From Sphagnum compactum (Eukaryota), in NCBI GenBank assembly GCA_965153455.1, contig OZ234493.1, positions 9,104,213 through 9,168,212 on the forward strand: a DNA stretch of 64,000 nt. Reading direction: 5' to 3'. Below are positions 38,538-50,215 of the stretch, piece after piece. The translations under genes and the position numbers were made by a program. The number at the start of each line of letters is the position of its first letter. Positions within the stretch are counted from its first letter, which is position 1. Under the pieces are notes generated by a model. That model was not told the DNA's origin. It made no database searches and worked only from the letters and a program-made list of their open reading frames with translations.

Positions 38538-41067
38538 TAAGGCTGCCATTTAGCATGTTTGGTAATAGCCATTGACACAAATATACACCTAGAGTTCATG
38601 CCCCTACCATTGGCACGTGTAGGTCAATTCTTTTTATTGTAGCCAATAGGTGAGCCAACATGCAATTAGGGGTGCCCATGTTTTGTTTCTTTTGGGGGAG
38701 GATGAATGTCCTTTATCTCTTTTGGGATTATTCAAAGCTTGATTTAATATTTTTAATGATGGGCCAATTGAAGATGCCCATCACAATAGAAAAAAAAACT
38801 TTGAAATGTCCTCACAACTAATTAGTATGTCACAATATCATACCACAAAGGCATGTTTGACATACATTGCCTAATAATATAACAAGGGGTGTGTCACATT
38901 GTGGCCTTTGGCATTTACATTAAAAAATATCTTAGGGCCAAAAAAATAATTGTGGCAATTATATGTGCACATTGAAATATTTCACCATGCAAAAATATAA
39001 TCTCCAAAAAATCTTCTAAAAGAAACCAAAATCCTTTAAGATATTGTAAATCTATAACTAATCTCAAGTTTCAACACAAGCCAACAAAGACAACAATTGA
39101 GGAAAAACCTTGACAATATCTAACAACAAAATTATGGATGTTACTGTGATAGGGGCTTCATTCGTCTAATCCATTGACTCAAAATCAAAACATTATCACA
39201 TCATATCCCCTACAAATTTTACAACAACAAAATTAAGTTAAGAACCTCATCAATGGCCGTAATAATAAGCAAGTCTTAAAACCTTTAAATCATTTGCCTT
39301 ATCAATTGACTCAAAATTCAAACATAATTACACCACATCCTCGCAAAATTAAGGTAGTAACCTCATCAATGGCCATAATTAACGGGTTCTAGTCCAAATG
39401 AGTTGTGAGTCAAATTTTTTAAGTATAATTGCAAAATTTATTCAAAGTGAAAAATGAAAATAATGCACCATGAAACCAATACGTAAATTATGTAAGTTGT
39501 TGCTTCTAATCTAAGGCATTGGAATTTTGTGACAAAGTACTAGAAATCAAGATTTATAATTTGTACTATATGTAATTTCTAGCTCATCCACATTAGGTAA
39601 TGTCCCACATTAGTTGCACAACAAACACATAATTGCCATGTTTCTTCTAATTAGTAAGCAAACATGACACAATGCAATAAACATTATAGTGGGTATGGTT
39701 GGACAACAAGGTTGTCATTACGTTTGTGCATCCATCACAACACGATAGACACATTCCCTACTTTGCATCATCTTATTAGATGCAGACTTCTAATTACATT
39801 CATTTAAGCGCTTATTTTGAACGCGTTTGCATGTGCTTTCTAGGCACATGACCAACACTTATCAACTTGGGGGAAAGATGGGGTCGCAACCTTATGCACA
39901 CATACTTGGACTACTCCATCACAAATCTCCTGGTCACCATAATCTTTGCATTCACACTGGGAGAAATTGGAAGCAACACTCCTGAGTCACCCAATTTTGT
40001 GACCCAACGACACCAGGTAATGCCTCCTCCTATAAACACAAAACAAACACATGAATCAACATTGTTTCTTTGCACCTACAAAACCTCAAGCATCAAGTTT
40101 TTTGAATTTCACAACAGATCATCAATTCTAGAGCCCAAGAATTTTGACCAATGCTCTCCAACAGTCATGAGCTGCTTCTTCAACTAGGCTCTAATTCTCT
40201 CCAAGTTCTTCCCCCAAGCCCATGAGGGGAGACTATTTTCCAAATTAAAGAATTGTCACCATATGAAATTGTAGCTAACCTATTTTCATTCTTTTGTTAT
40301 TATTGCTGCATGACAATTGGCCATTAGTGGGATTTGTATTATTAGCAAGAGGACTATTACTAGGGGTGGGCAACTTACTAACGTAGTATGCATGGCCATT
40401 TGTTGGTTTCTCCATTGTTGAAGTCATTTCTTCAAGCATTATAGTGGTTACTGGTTGGTACTCAATCATACTCCATAAGAGTGACCTCTTTAGATAGATT
40501 TCAACATTAGCTGTTGGGATCAATCAACATGGCATAAAACTTGCAATAGCAATAGTGTTTGTGTGAAATTATCCAAATGTTTCCTCTTTAGTAGCAAATT
40601 TCAATATACATGTGTTGGGATGAATGATGAGGCACTGATGTAGAAGGTGGATTTGTGTGTGTGTAGGAATAATTATGAATTATTTGGATGATTGAATCAA
40701 CCATGCACAATTTTTGTTTCTAGGAGTGAAATGTTTTTTTATTGTTGTGTTTCTAGGAGTTACATTGCATACCTCCAATTCTTGATATAATTTAGCCAAA
40801 CTACAAGCACACAACCGATAATATAAAGACCTCCAATACTCTTCCATTTGAGATTTGTGGGATAGGATGTAGATTTGTACACATCCCTCCTACTACATAT
40901 ATAGCCGAGCAAAAAGAAGATTGCTTTAAAAGTCAATAAATGTGGGCTTCTTCACCGGTGCTCTATCATAGCTCAAATTCCAATCTAGATTTCCATGACT
41001 GTCATATTGATGTTTTTGTCTGAGTGGGTGACATATAAGAATGATGCCAAGGTGAACATATAACAAA

Positions 41068-41872
41068 TGTCGCAACCCCACTTCGAAGGAGTGTGAGGAT
41101 GACACTCACACTCCCGAAATGGGCGACTTGGGAGTCCTCCGAGACTCCTGAAAACTCAGAGTTCGATTGCAGGGGTCAAAACACCTCGCCTTGAGGTGTT
41201 TTTTATACCGTTTGAAAGGTTTTGAAATGTAGATGTGAAAATAGTCTTGCATGAGCCATTTGGACATTTGCAGCACAAGTTATGGACAAAAGAAGGGCCA
41301 AGAGTCAAATTGGCACTAAAAGTCGGGAATCAACCCAACCCCGGTGTGTGAAGGAGGAGTGCAACACACCGTTGGAAAGCTCTTGAGGGGAGCTACAATT
41401 TTGCTTTAGACCTCATCTCAATCAAAGGTCTAAACAAGGAGTTATGAACTTCCAAAGTCCTAGGAGTCCAAACCGGGACAGTTTCGGGACTCCTCCTTGG
41501 GAGTCCCGGGAAAAAGTGCCATTTGGATGTAGGTGCCGCGGAGTAACACAGAGAATACTATATGGGGGAAGGTGGTGGCTTCCCCCGAGTCCGGGCCGTG
41601 GTGAGTCATGTGAGTCCAAGGTCGCTCGTGGCTTGTCTTAGCACTGAAAGTGCTTCCGAATGTGAACTAACCAACTTGTTGGTTGGTTTGATGCATGTTC
41701 GAGTAACTAAGTAAAGCTTGTCCCTCGCCCTAGTCTAATCTCGGAGCTTCAGCACGCCCCTCTACCCCTTTTAGTGCTGGAAGCTGGGAGCGTGCCCCAA
41801 TTTCTAAACAATTCCGTTGTTTAGCTTCTTTGGACCCAACTTGGGTCTAACAAGGAACTTGGGAGCGCGTCA
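41068..41872 (+). mobile_element. Solo LTR (805 bp) in a UPS pseudogene intron
   Basis: TGTCGCA...GCGCGTCA termini with a perfect 5-bp TSD ACAAA (41063-41067, 41873-41877). Confidence 0.92.
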
Positions 41873-42649
41873 ACAAAGCTTTGATCTAAAATTGGGGAAG
41901 CACCTTTAAGTACAATTCATACTCACTCCTAGAATTGATACAAAATTGCTTCAACCCATCTTTTCATTTAACATTAATCTGACTTCTCTCAAGAAAAAAG
42001 AAATTAAATTTTCTCTAAATTAAGGTGGAAAACTTGTATAGACAATGTTGCCCAAGAGGAGAATGGTAGTGACAAAAATGCCACGGTCCAAATCCCGCAA
42101 GCAAATGATCTTGAAGGGAAAGGTGGAACTAATCAATATTTGTAGCATTCAGAAAATCAACGCGCAATCAAGGTGATGATGATGCATTTGGTTTTTAATC
42201 TTTTTGACTTTTTTTCATGCATGACAAAAAAACCTTAAACCCTAAATTAAGGAGTTGTCAAGCTAATTTGTTAACTATTTTATTTTTGTGACAAATATTA
42301 GGGATGAAAACAACATTTGGACTAGTTATTGTGATCAAACATAAATCAAGGGTAACAATAAACAACTATAAATGTGGCAATTGAAGAGGGAAAACCATTC
42401 ATGGGCTTGGGCAGACTTTATGTGTGAACAAGTAGGCTTATTGCATAGTAATGATGTAGTAGGAGGGGAGCCATCTATTGAGCTCACTAGATGGTGTTGT
42501 CATGTTGCAACTATTATAACTAATCTCATTTTTATATATAGTGGGCTTAAGGGAGGTAAGGTTTGATGTTACACATCTTAGGCTTCAAGTTTTATCTTCT
42601 TTTGTAGGAGAATTCTCTTATGTGAATTACTTGTGTTAGAAGATGCTAG

Positions 42650-43110
42650 ATTGATGATGAGTAGCCCATGAAAAACAAGCTTGTTTCAACTTGGTTAGTT
42701 ATTCAAGTTGTATGAATGTGGACAAGAGTTTTGTTAAATGATATATTGGTAGCTAAAGATTCAAGGTTTGCTGAGACTACATTAGCTTTATCTCATCCCA
42801 CTACAACAAATCAATCATTAACTAGAATAAGTAGTCTAGGGACCAAGCTGTAGGAAGGGAAAAAACAATTTTAGTCAGAGGTGACGACACTAGATAGGGT
42901 TATAGTCATGATTGACCTATTGGCTATGCATGCAAATGGTGATTCAAACATGGATACCAACAATGAATACACTCATTTTTATGGACATGGGTATGTGCTA
43001 CTCATGCTGGGCATTCCTTGAACTCTAAAATGGATTGGTTCAAAATAGGCTAAAAAGGTTTTTAATCCTTTGCACTAGTGCATTGATTCTTTTATGTACA
43101 TGTTGAACAA
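42650..43110 (+). pseudogene. Highly degenerate receptor-like kinase domain fragments
   Basis: Pieces in shifting frames: RVLLNDILVAKDSRFAETTLALSHPTT, EGKKQF*SEVTTLDRV..IGY/HANGD, YSCWAFLEL..KKVFNPL. These resemble RLK subdomains VI-VII, III-IV and IX. Confidence 0.4.
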
Positions 43111-43899
43111 ATAGCCACATTAAAGTGCGTGGTCTACAAGAATGCAAAGGGGGTGGAGGCACTGGTACACGCCTTTGCTGTAGAGGTAGAAACAATGAGT
43201 GCAGCCCTTGCAATAACAAAAGCAATAGCAGCAACTTGTGAAAGCATAAGGGAAGCAGATTAGAAATATAGAAGAAACAAGGATTGTGGAGCTTATCCAA
43301 CTTCTAGCCAAAAGCCCCTTACATCTCCATCCTCAGTAATTATTGTTACACTCAATAAAACTTCTAATGCTGGTGCTTTGAATCATCCTCTTCCAACGGG
43401 TGTTAGGTTGCATCATAGAATGGTATCACTATTAGAATTCCTAGTTTGAAAGCAATTCTAGTCAAAAAAACCAAATTGGGGGCGCGGGGGGGAACTCCTT
43501 ATCATTTTGGACAAGTCAATTTTAACATGTCCAATGTGACCGGGTGGTCTTTTTTACTAGTAGAATAGACCATTTAACTCGTCATTTTTATTGATAATAT
43601 TGGACCATTTGACTGGTCAAATGATTTAAATAATTTATTTTAATATCATTATAAAAATGATTTGTAGGCAAGTTGGTAGCTGGTGGGTAGGTCGTAAAAA
43701 TGTAGGTAGGTAGGTGGTAGCCTACCTACCTTAACCCCTTAAACATATACATAGATTACAAGTATTAGGAATTGAACCTTTGACCTCCCCAATCATAAAC
43801 CAAATCTTTAACCAATGGACCACACCATTGAAAGGTGTTGAACTTTTGTCGTTTTTTTATTTCACATGTTTATTTCGACACATCATTATGAGACTATAA

Positions 43900-44512
43900 G
43901 GTACATAGGTAGGTATGTCGTAGAAGGTACGTGCGTGGTTGGGTAGGTAAGTAAGTAGGTAGGGAGGTAGGCGGGTGGGTAACTAGGTATGTAGCTAGGT
44001 AGGTAGGTAGGTAGGTAATTAATAAGTGGGTGGTTGGGTGGTTGGGTGGGTGGGTGGGTAAACCAATAGGCGAGTGCCGAGTAAATAAATAAGTAGGTAG
44101 GGAGGTAGGTGGTGGGTAGCTAGGTAAATTAGTAGGTAATAATTAATAGGTTGATGGGTGGGCGGGTTGGTAAACTGGTAGGTAGGTGGGTGGGTGGGTA
44201 GGTGAATAAGTTATAGTAGGTAGGTAAGTAGGTGGGTGGGTGGGTAGATGAATAAGTTATAGTAGGTAGGTAAGTAGGTCGGTAGGTTGTAATAAGTAAG
44301 TAAATATGAAGGTTGGTAGGTTGTAGTAGGTAGATAAGTACAAAGATTGGTAGGTTGTAGTAGGTAGGTAAATACATAGGTAATTAAGTAGGTAGGTTGT
44401 AGTAAATAGGTAAGTAAATAGGTAGGTTGTAATAGGTAGGTAAGTAGGTAGGTTATAGGTAGGTAAGTAGGTAGGTTGTAGGTAAGTAAGTAGGTAGGTT
44501 GTAGGTAGGTAA
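43900..44512. repeat. Degenerate (GGTA/GGGT)n simple-sequence tract
   Basis: Direct reading; explains the spurious TYLPTY ORFs. Confidence 0.92.
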
Positions 44513-44839
44513 GATGCCCCATTTGATTATAATAACATTGGCCATTTTGATTAAATGTTTTATTTGATTAAAACCCCATGGACCATTTTGATTAGAGGTG
44601 TCATTTGTTTATGTCCAACTTGATTAAATGTTCCAAAGGACTAGACATCATTGGCCATTTTGACCAAGGTGGTCAAATTTTTGTCCAAATTAACAAAAAG
44701 TCAAATAAGTCATTTCAACCAAGTTGACTTGTCAATAGATACACAAGTCATTCAAGCCCATAGCCTCTAGTTAAAATGTACATGTTCACTAGTCAAGAAA
44801 GATTAATTAGTCAATTTGAATTGTTTGAAATACCAAGAA

Positions 44840-45245
44840 TCTTATATATAAAAGCTACAGTGGTGTGTGTCCGTTTGTCTGTGTGTCACAAGACGTTCTG
44901 CACTTGATTTAACATTACGGCGAAACCGTAATGACCTTTTTGGATGATGGTGGTGAAGGTGGTAGTTATTCGTCCAAACCCTCCCTTTGTGCCCAAAGGA
45001 TTAAATATGATCTAGCTGCTGCTGCTGCTCAGTGTTTCTGATTGGCCCATCATAATCACTGGTCCATGTGGGGCGGGGGGGGGGGGGCCAGCAGGGGGGG
45101 GCGGGACGGGCGGGAAAGGACCGGGGGGGCACGGGCGGGGAAGGACCGGGCAGGGGGGGGCACGGGCGAGGAAGGACCGGACGGGGGGGGGCCAGCATGG
45201 GCGGGGAAGGACCGACGGGTGCATTATGCACCGGGTTCACACTAG
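44840..45245 (+). mobile_element. Non-autonomous Helitron (406 bp) with G-rich minisatellite
   Basis: Inserted between A(44839) and T(45246) with no TSD; 5' TCTTATATATAAAAG; 3' hairpin GGTGCA-TTA-TGCACC (45218-45232) followed by CTAG. Confidence 0.88.
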
Positions 45246-48099
45246 TTCTAGTAATGTATGTAGTTGAACCTGCTTTGTAATTAACTATAGAGAAGCTTCT
45301 ACATGAATGCTACTTCCTTTTGTTTGGGTCATTAGCTAAACTCATGGAATCATTTCGTAACACTTTCAGTGTCGTTTGTTCATCTAGCAAATTGTTTTTG
45401 GGTTGCATTGTTTGGAGGTTCAAATATATTTCAAGATGTCATTCAACTTGTAATTGGAGCATAATGCATCACACCCACATCTGAATAGTGAATTCCAATC
45501 CTTGTAGTTGAAAAAAATGAGGCAATTGCATTTTTCTTGTTACCACATTAACTCACAAAGGAGCTTGGAAGAATTTTTAAAATATCCATAATAGGATGCT
45601 GCATATTTAGTTGCAAGGATGAATACAAAAATCATGTTTCACTTCACTTAAAAGGTGTTGATGATTAGTGTGATAATAATTGCAATCACCACAAAAGTTT
45701 GAACAATCTTATGGGATGATGCATAGGGCAAACATATTTGTTGGGTTGTAATTGTGCAAACGAATAGGAGTTTGACAAAGTTGTGAAGTACGATCTAGAC
45801 ATGAAGTTTATTAGTGTTGAAGCCTGGGGTGCCACACTTGGCAATGTATAAATTGCATTATTCTACTTATCAATAATGGCATTTGTGTTTGGTGTAACTA
45901 CAAATTTGGTGCTCTTGTATCATTTGTTGTTTGGTTTACCCAAATATTCATTGAGGAAGTATTTCAATGATTGGAGAGGTCATCAATGGGCACTCTTAGT
46001 AGGTCTACTTTGTGGCTTGGGCAATGGTTTCTAGTTCATGGGTGGTCAAACAATAGGCTATGTTGTTGCAAATGTTGTTCGGGTTGGTATTTTAGCAACT
46101 TCGCCACATGCTTTTCCAATCTTATTGCACATTTACATAGTTGAAAGCATAATTTCAAAATGGAGAGGCTACAAAGAGAATCATATAGTTTGAAATTTCT
46201 GAAAAACCCTGAATTGACAGAAATTGCAATATGTTGTTATGAGTGTCCATCCATGTCTGAATTGTGACGATTTCAACAAAAAGAGGGAGGCATTATTACA
46301 TTTATCAATAAAACCCAATGAGCTGCAAATCTTCATTTGTCCCACATTGAAAAGGAAAATCATGTTGTAGCAATAACAGTTAAGTAAGTAGTAGAAGCTC
46401 GCAAGCCAACACTTGTCGAAGCTTCTTGGTGTCGCATCTTTAAAGCAACAAGGTGGGTGGTGTTTCCTTTTAACACAAGAAAAAACACACACATCTTTTA
46501 TAACAACCTATAGTACTTCTTCCCAAATTTTCAAATACTTCCCTATGTAATTATCTCAAGAGCTTGCCTCTTGCAAGCTACCTTACATGTTTGTAGCTCA
46601 AGAGCTTCAAAAAGTTAAGAAAAAAGTGGCTAAAGCTGCTTTGGCAGCTGCTATAGCATTAAAGGTCATATTAGGTTCCAATCCACGCAACCCTTTACTT
46701 GTCTCAAAGCTTGACCCATCATTGAATTTCCATCACAATGTAAGTATGGGATTGGAAACAATGTTTGATTGTTGGTAATGAAATGGCAAGGGAAATGTTT
46801 TTTCCAAATAGTTCCAAATCTATTATTTTTTCTTGGGTGCAGCACCTTGACTCTACAATTGTTCATCGCATGTCATCGCCTACTAGTGTTGGTTCAAGGA
46901 TTCTTAAAACTCGACTATGCCAAATATAGGTCCTTACATTGACCTTTTGCCCACTCTCTCCATTCTAGTTTAATGAAATGTCAAAATTTACGTCATACAC
47001 TTTGGCCTAGCAAATCTTCATGTTTAGCTGGACTTGTTTACTTTTGAAAGTAGTTTTTTTTTACCTTTCAAAAACAGACCTCTTTCTTTTGACACTTGGA
47101 GAAAGCTTTGTTGACAAGGTTTGGGGTGGCAAAAAAAATGAAGTTAAATTGGATGGAGCACTATTTAAGCTTGAGGAATCAAATGAGTGGTATCAACCTA
47201 CCAGAAACTAGTTGTTGCATTTCAAAAGTTTCCCCATTTGAAATTAGATCTAATCGGTCACCATGGGATCATCCCTTTCATGGACATGTTAGAGATCAAC
47301 AATAGTCAAGTAAGTTCCCTCCAACAATCTTTCCTTTTGTTTTCAATGATTTTGATGTGTAATCATGGAATTTAATTAAAGTCAACATTTGGCTCTGCTC
47401 AAAAGATTAGTGAAACTTGGATGCTTCTTTTGGAGGTAGTACATGCAATGTACTAGGTCCTTCACCAAATCATACAAGACAATGTAGATCTACTAGAAAA
47501 TGTATGCTTTGTTGCCATGATAATCTCTTTTCCTAGTTGTGACTAAGATTTGTTGCACAATGGTTACACATGTCATTATGTGAAAATGATGAGTTTGTTG
47601 TTTTGTGGTGTGTGTAGGTGTTAGATTGAAAATAAAAAAAAACATTTTAATCAATCTAATCATAGTTACAAAAATAGGTGAACCTAAATGTGTGTGTGTG
47701 TGGAAGGGGGGACATGTTATGTTCTTGTTTTGTCTTTTTAAATTTTATATCAATCTGCATGGTCATTTTACACATTTGAGGGTTTGAAATTTGATGTTTA
47801 CCATTGTTTTGTGGAAATCAGTTGTTGCTATTATAGGACCAAGAAGAGCATCCAAGGAATTTTCACAAACATGGTTTGCATATTTCACAATGTCATTAAA
47901 AATCAAACTTTTTACCATCGTTGATGATGATCGAGTTCCAAAACTTCTCGATCCTCTTATTGTTTTTGAGGATCAATCGTGTATTGGATTTTAAAGTTTA
48001 TTGGAAGAGGCAAAGATTATGGAATGGCCTTTTCAATTTGGGATGTAGAGGAAAATTGCACAATCAAAACAAAGTTGGAAAATTTCAACAAGATTGGAT

Positions 48100-50215
48100 T
48101 AGAAGTCTTTGTCATCCCAATGGCTGACGTTCCATCAAATGGGGCAAAACGACAAAGGGTTGGTACTTTTGGGTCAAGTGGTCATGTAGCCATTGAAGAA
48201 CCTGAGTTGGGCTACAACTTAGACCTATCCACAATAAGTGTGGAAGATAGTTATGTCATTGAATTAAATCTAAATTTTATTATGATCCCACAAAAAATAG
48301 TGGGAAAATATTTGGTTGTAGTTGAAAAGTTGAAAAGATAGTTGATAAGAATATTGATGACCATCTTTGGAGTTTGAAATCTTGGGACTAGAATGGTATA
48401 AATATTGTGAAATTATGGTGTGGAAAATGTTGTAAGGAATTTGGAAGAATTAGTGGTGACCATTGTAAGTTTTTTATCAATAATCTATTTGGAAATTTCA
48501 AGAAGAGCCATATAATGTCATTTGTGCATGTTCGAAATTGGTGTCAAAGAAAAGGTGTAGATTTTTTTGCCCATCCTCAATTTATTGTTCTTAAGGGGAA
48601 AACCATTCTTCTCACAAATGAAGACCATAAGAGGGCTGTTATAGAAGGCATAGGAATTATTGAATATGTTAGTACTACAAATGAACAACCTTTTGTTTTA
48701 CTTGGTGATCCACAATCATTAGAATTGAAATCAATTTGGTACAAAGTACGATGTACCTTTTGTAATGATTTCTTTGAACTATGCCCTCCAAAGAAAAACA
48801 TGGAAGGAATATTTAAAGAACTACATGGAAGGGACCAAACATGCAAAAACAATTAAAGATGCTTTGAGTAAAAAAGGTTCTACAACATCAGCTTTGTTGA
48901 TAGGGTAGAAGGGGAAGCTTTCAACATCCAGCAAGGGCATTTCAAGGAACCAAAGGAATTTGTATCAATGGTTAAACTCAAACAAATCGACGAATATTGA
49001 TGTAAAACTTGAAGGTAATGTTGATTCTATATTTGGTTTATTATGTTGGGGTTATTGTTCAAGGACTTGCAAGTATTCCACAAACAAAATCTTTGAGGTT
49101 CATAGCTTATTGTAGGACCCTCTTCTTGGGTTTGCATGGGCTGCAAAACCTCAAACAAAAGTGGAGTTGAAATTAGGATGTTTGGAATTGATGGTTTTTT
49201 TAGACATAGAGATTGTCCACAAACATTTAATTTGGTGAAGCATTCACTAACCTCACTTGTGATGCTTGCTCTCGAATTCCACAAGAACCTGATTTTAGAA
49301 AAAAGGTAGTTTGAAAGGATGCAACCATCGTAAAGAGAGGTGCTAGGGGAATAGGGTTTGGTAAGAGGCTAGGGTACTTGTCTATTCATGAACTATCTAC
49401 CCGTAGTTGTGCCATTTGTAAAAAATATCGAATTGCCAGGTCTGCGCATTGGTATCAAAAGGGCATAATGACTTAGTTGAAGATGTCTAAACCATCATTG
49501 AAGGCTAGCTCATTTGAATGTTTGAAGAGAAAAGATGTGTTTTAGTTTTGTAGTAATATATTATCTGGCCATCGCACAAATGCTTTTGGTGGGAAACCTG
49601 CCTTGTGGGATTTTCTAAAAGATGTTGCAGGAAATCTAAATTGAAAAAAAGAAGGTTACAAGTGGAGTGCGAATAGCAAAGGCTTCGCCCAAACTATGAT
49701 AATATAAGGTGGGCGACGTATGTGTGATTTTTTTCAACTGAACTTTGCTGGACCAAGCTATTAAGTAATAAAGAGAGCTAACAAAAAAAATGTGCAATTT
49801 GTACTTGGTGAACATGTTGCTATTTTCAAATGTGTAGCAAAAATTTATAAAGAGACACAACAAGCTCACAACAATGGTGGACATGTCCCTGCTATATTGT
49901 TATATTGGCTGAAGATGAAACTAAGGTCAAATCCAAAGTTTCATGGGATTCTAGAGGTGGTAATCTAATTGGATTTTGTGGTGCAAAAGAAAATCATTAT
50001 TGTGTGACTAATTTCAGTCCTATTATTGGAATTAGAGAGGTTGGGTATAACAGTGTCTTTGAAGCTTTCACAAATAACGAAATTGCAAGTTTTGCAAAAG
50101 TCACAATTGTGAATCCTTTGCATGAGAAGTTGCCAAGATTGGTTCTTATTGTGTTTGTACTTGTAATTGTTTCAATGCTAATTGGGTTTAGCAACAATGG
50201 GATGTTGTTATAGAT
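48100..50215 (+). mobile_element. Degenerate DNA-transposase gene, P-element-like, truncated after the first catalytic-Asp region
   Basis: Broken frames encode Cys/His motifs (LWCGKCCKEF...KKSHIMSFVH; VRCTFCNDFF), then GGRRMCDFFQLNFAGPS and LAEDETKVKSKVSWDSRGGNLIGFCG..HYC...AKVTIVNPLHEKLPRL. The layout parallels the P/THAP9 'LPS..TL' and 'DEM.I....YD....GF' blocks. Termini not identified. Confidence 0.55.

Larger units (their letters stand above)
43427..45256. mobile_element. Non-autonomous CACTA-like element containing a (GGTA)n-like tract and a Helitron
   Basis: Left TIR CACTATTAGAATTCCTAGTTTGAAAGCAATTC; right TIR (after removing the Helitron) GAATTGTTTGAAATACCAAGAA|TTCTAGTAATG; TAT TSD (43424-43426, 45257-45259). 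Confidence 0.82.
39831..46082 (+). pseudogene. UPS: Ureide permease (UPS) pseudogene, intron-containing, disrupted by stops and TE insertions
   Basis: Exon remnants: ~39831-40015 MCFLGT*PTLINLGERWGRNLMHTYLDYSITNLLVTIIFAFTLGEIGSNTPESPNFVTQ; ~40311-40453 DNWPLVGF..GVGNLLT*YAWPFVGFSIVEVISSSIIVV; ~40667-40800 MNYLDD*INHAQFLFLGV; ~42025-42171 KGGTNQYL*HSENQRAIK; ~45817-46082 LKPGVPHL...YFNDWRGHQWALLVGLLCGLGNGF*FMGGQTIGYVVANVV. All follow plant UPS motifs in order. Confidence 0.9.

Noticed and set aside
44129-44522. TYLPTY-rich ORFs
   Set aside because: Translations of the (TACC)n simple repeat.
45001-45280. Pro-rich and Gly/Arg-rich ORFs
   Set aside because: Artefacts of the G-rich array inside the Helitron.
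46500-46950. Minus-strand protein-like text (GSSFETSKGLRGLEPNMTFNAIAAAKAALATFF) near the transposase relic
   Set aside because: Interrupted by stops with no recognisable family; cannot be supported as an accessory ORF.
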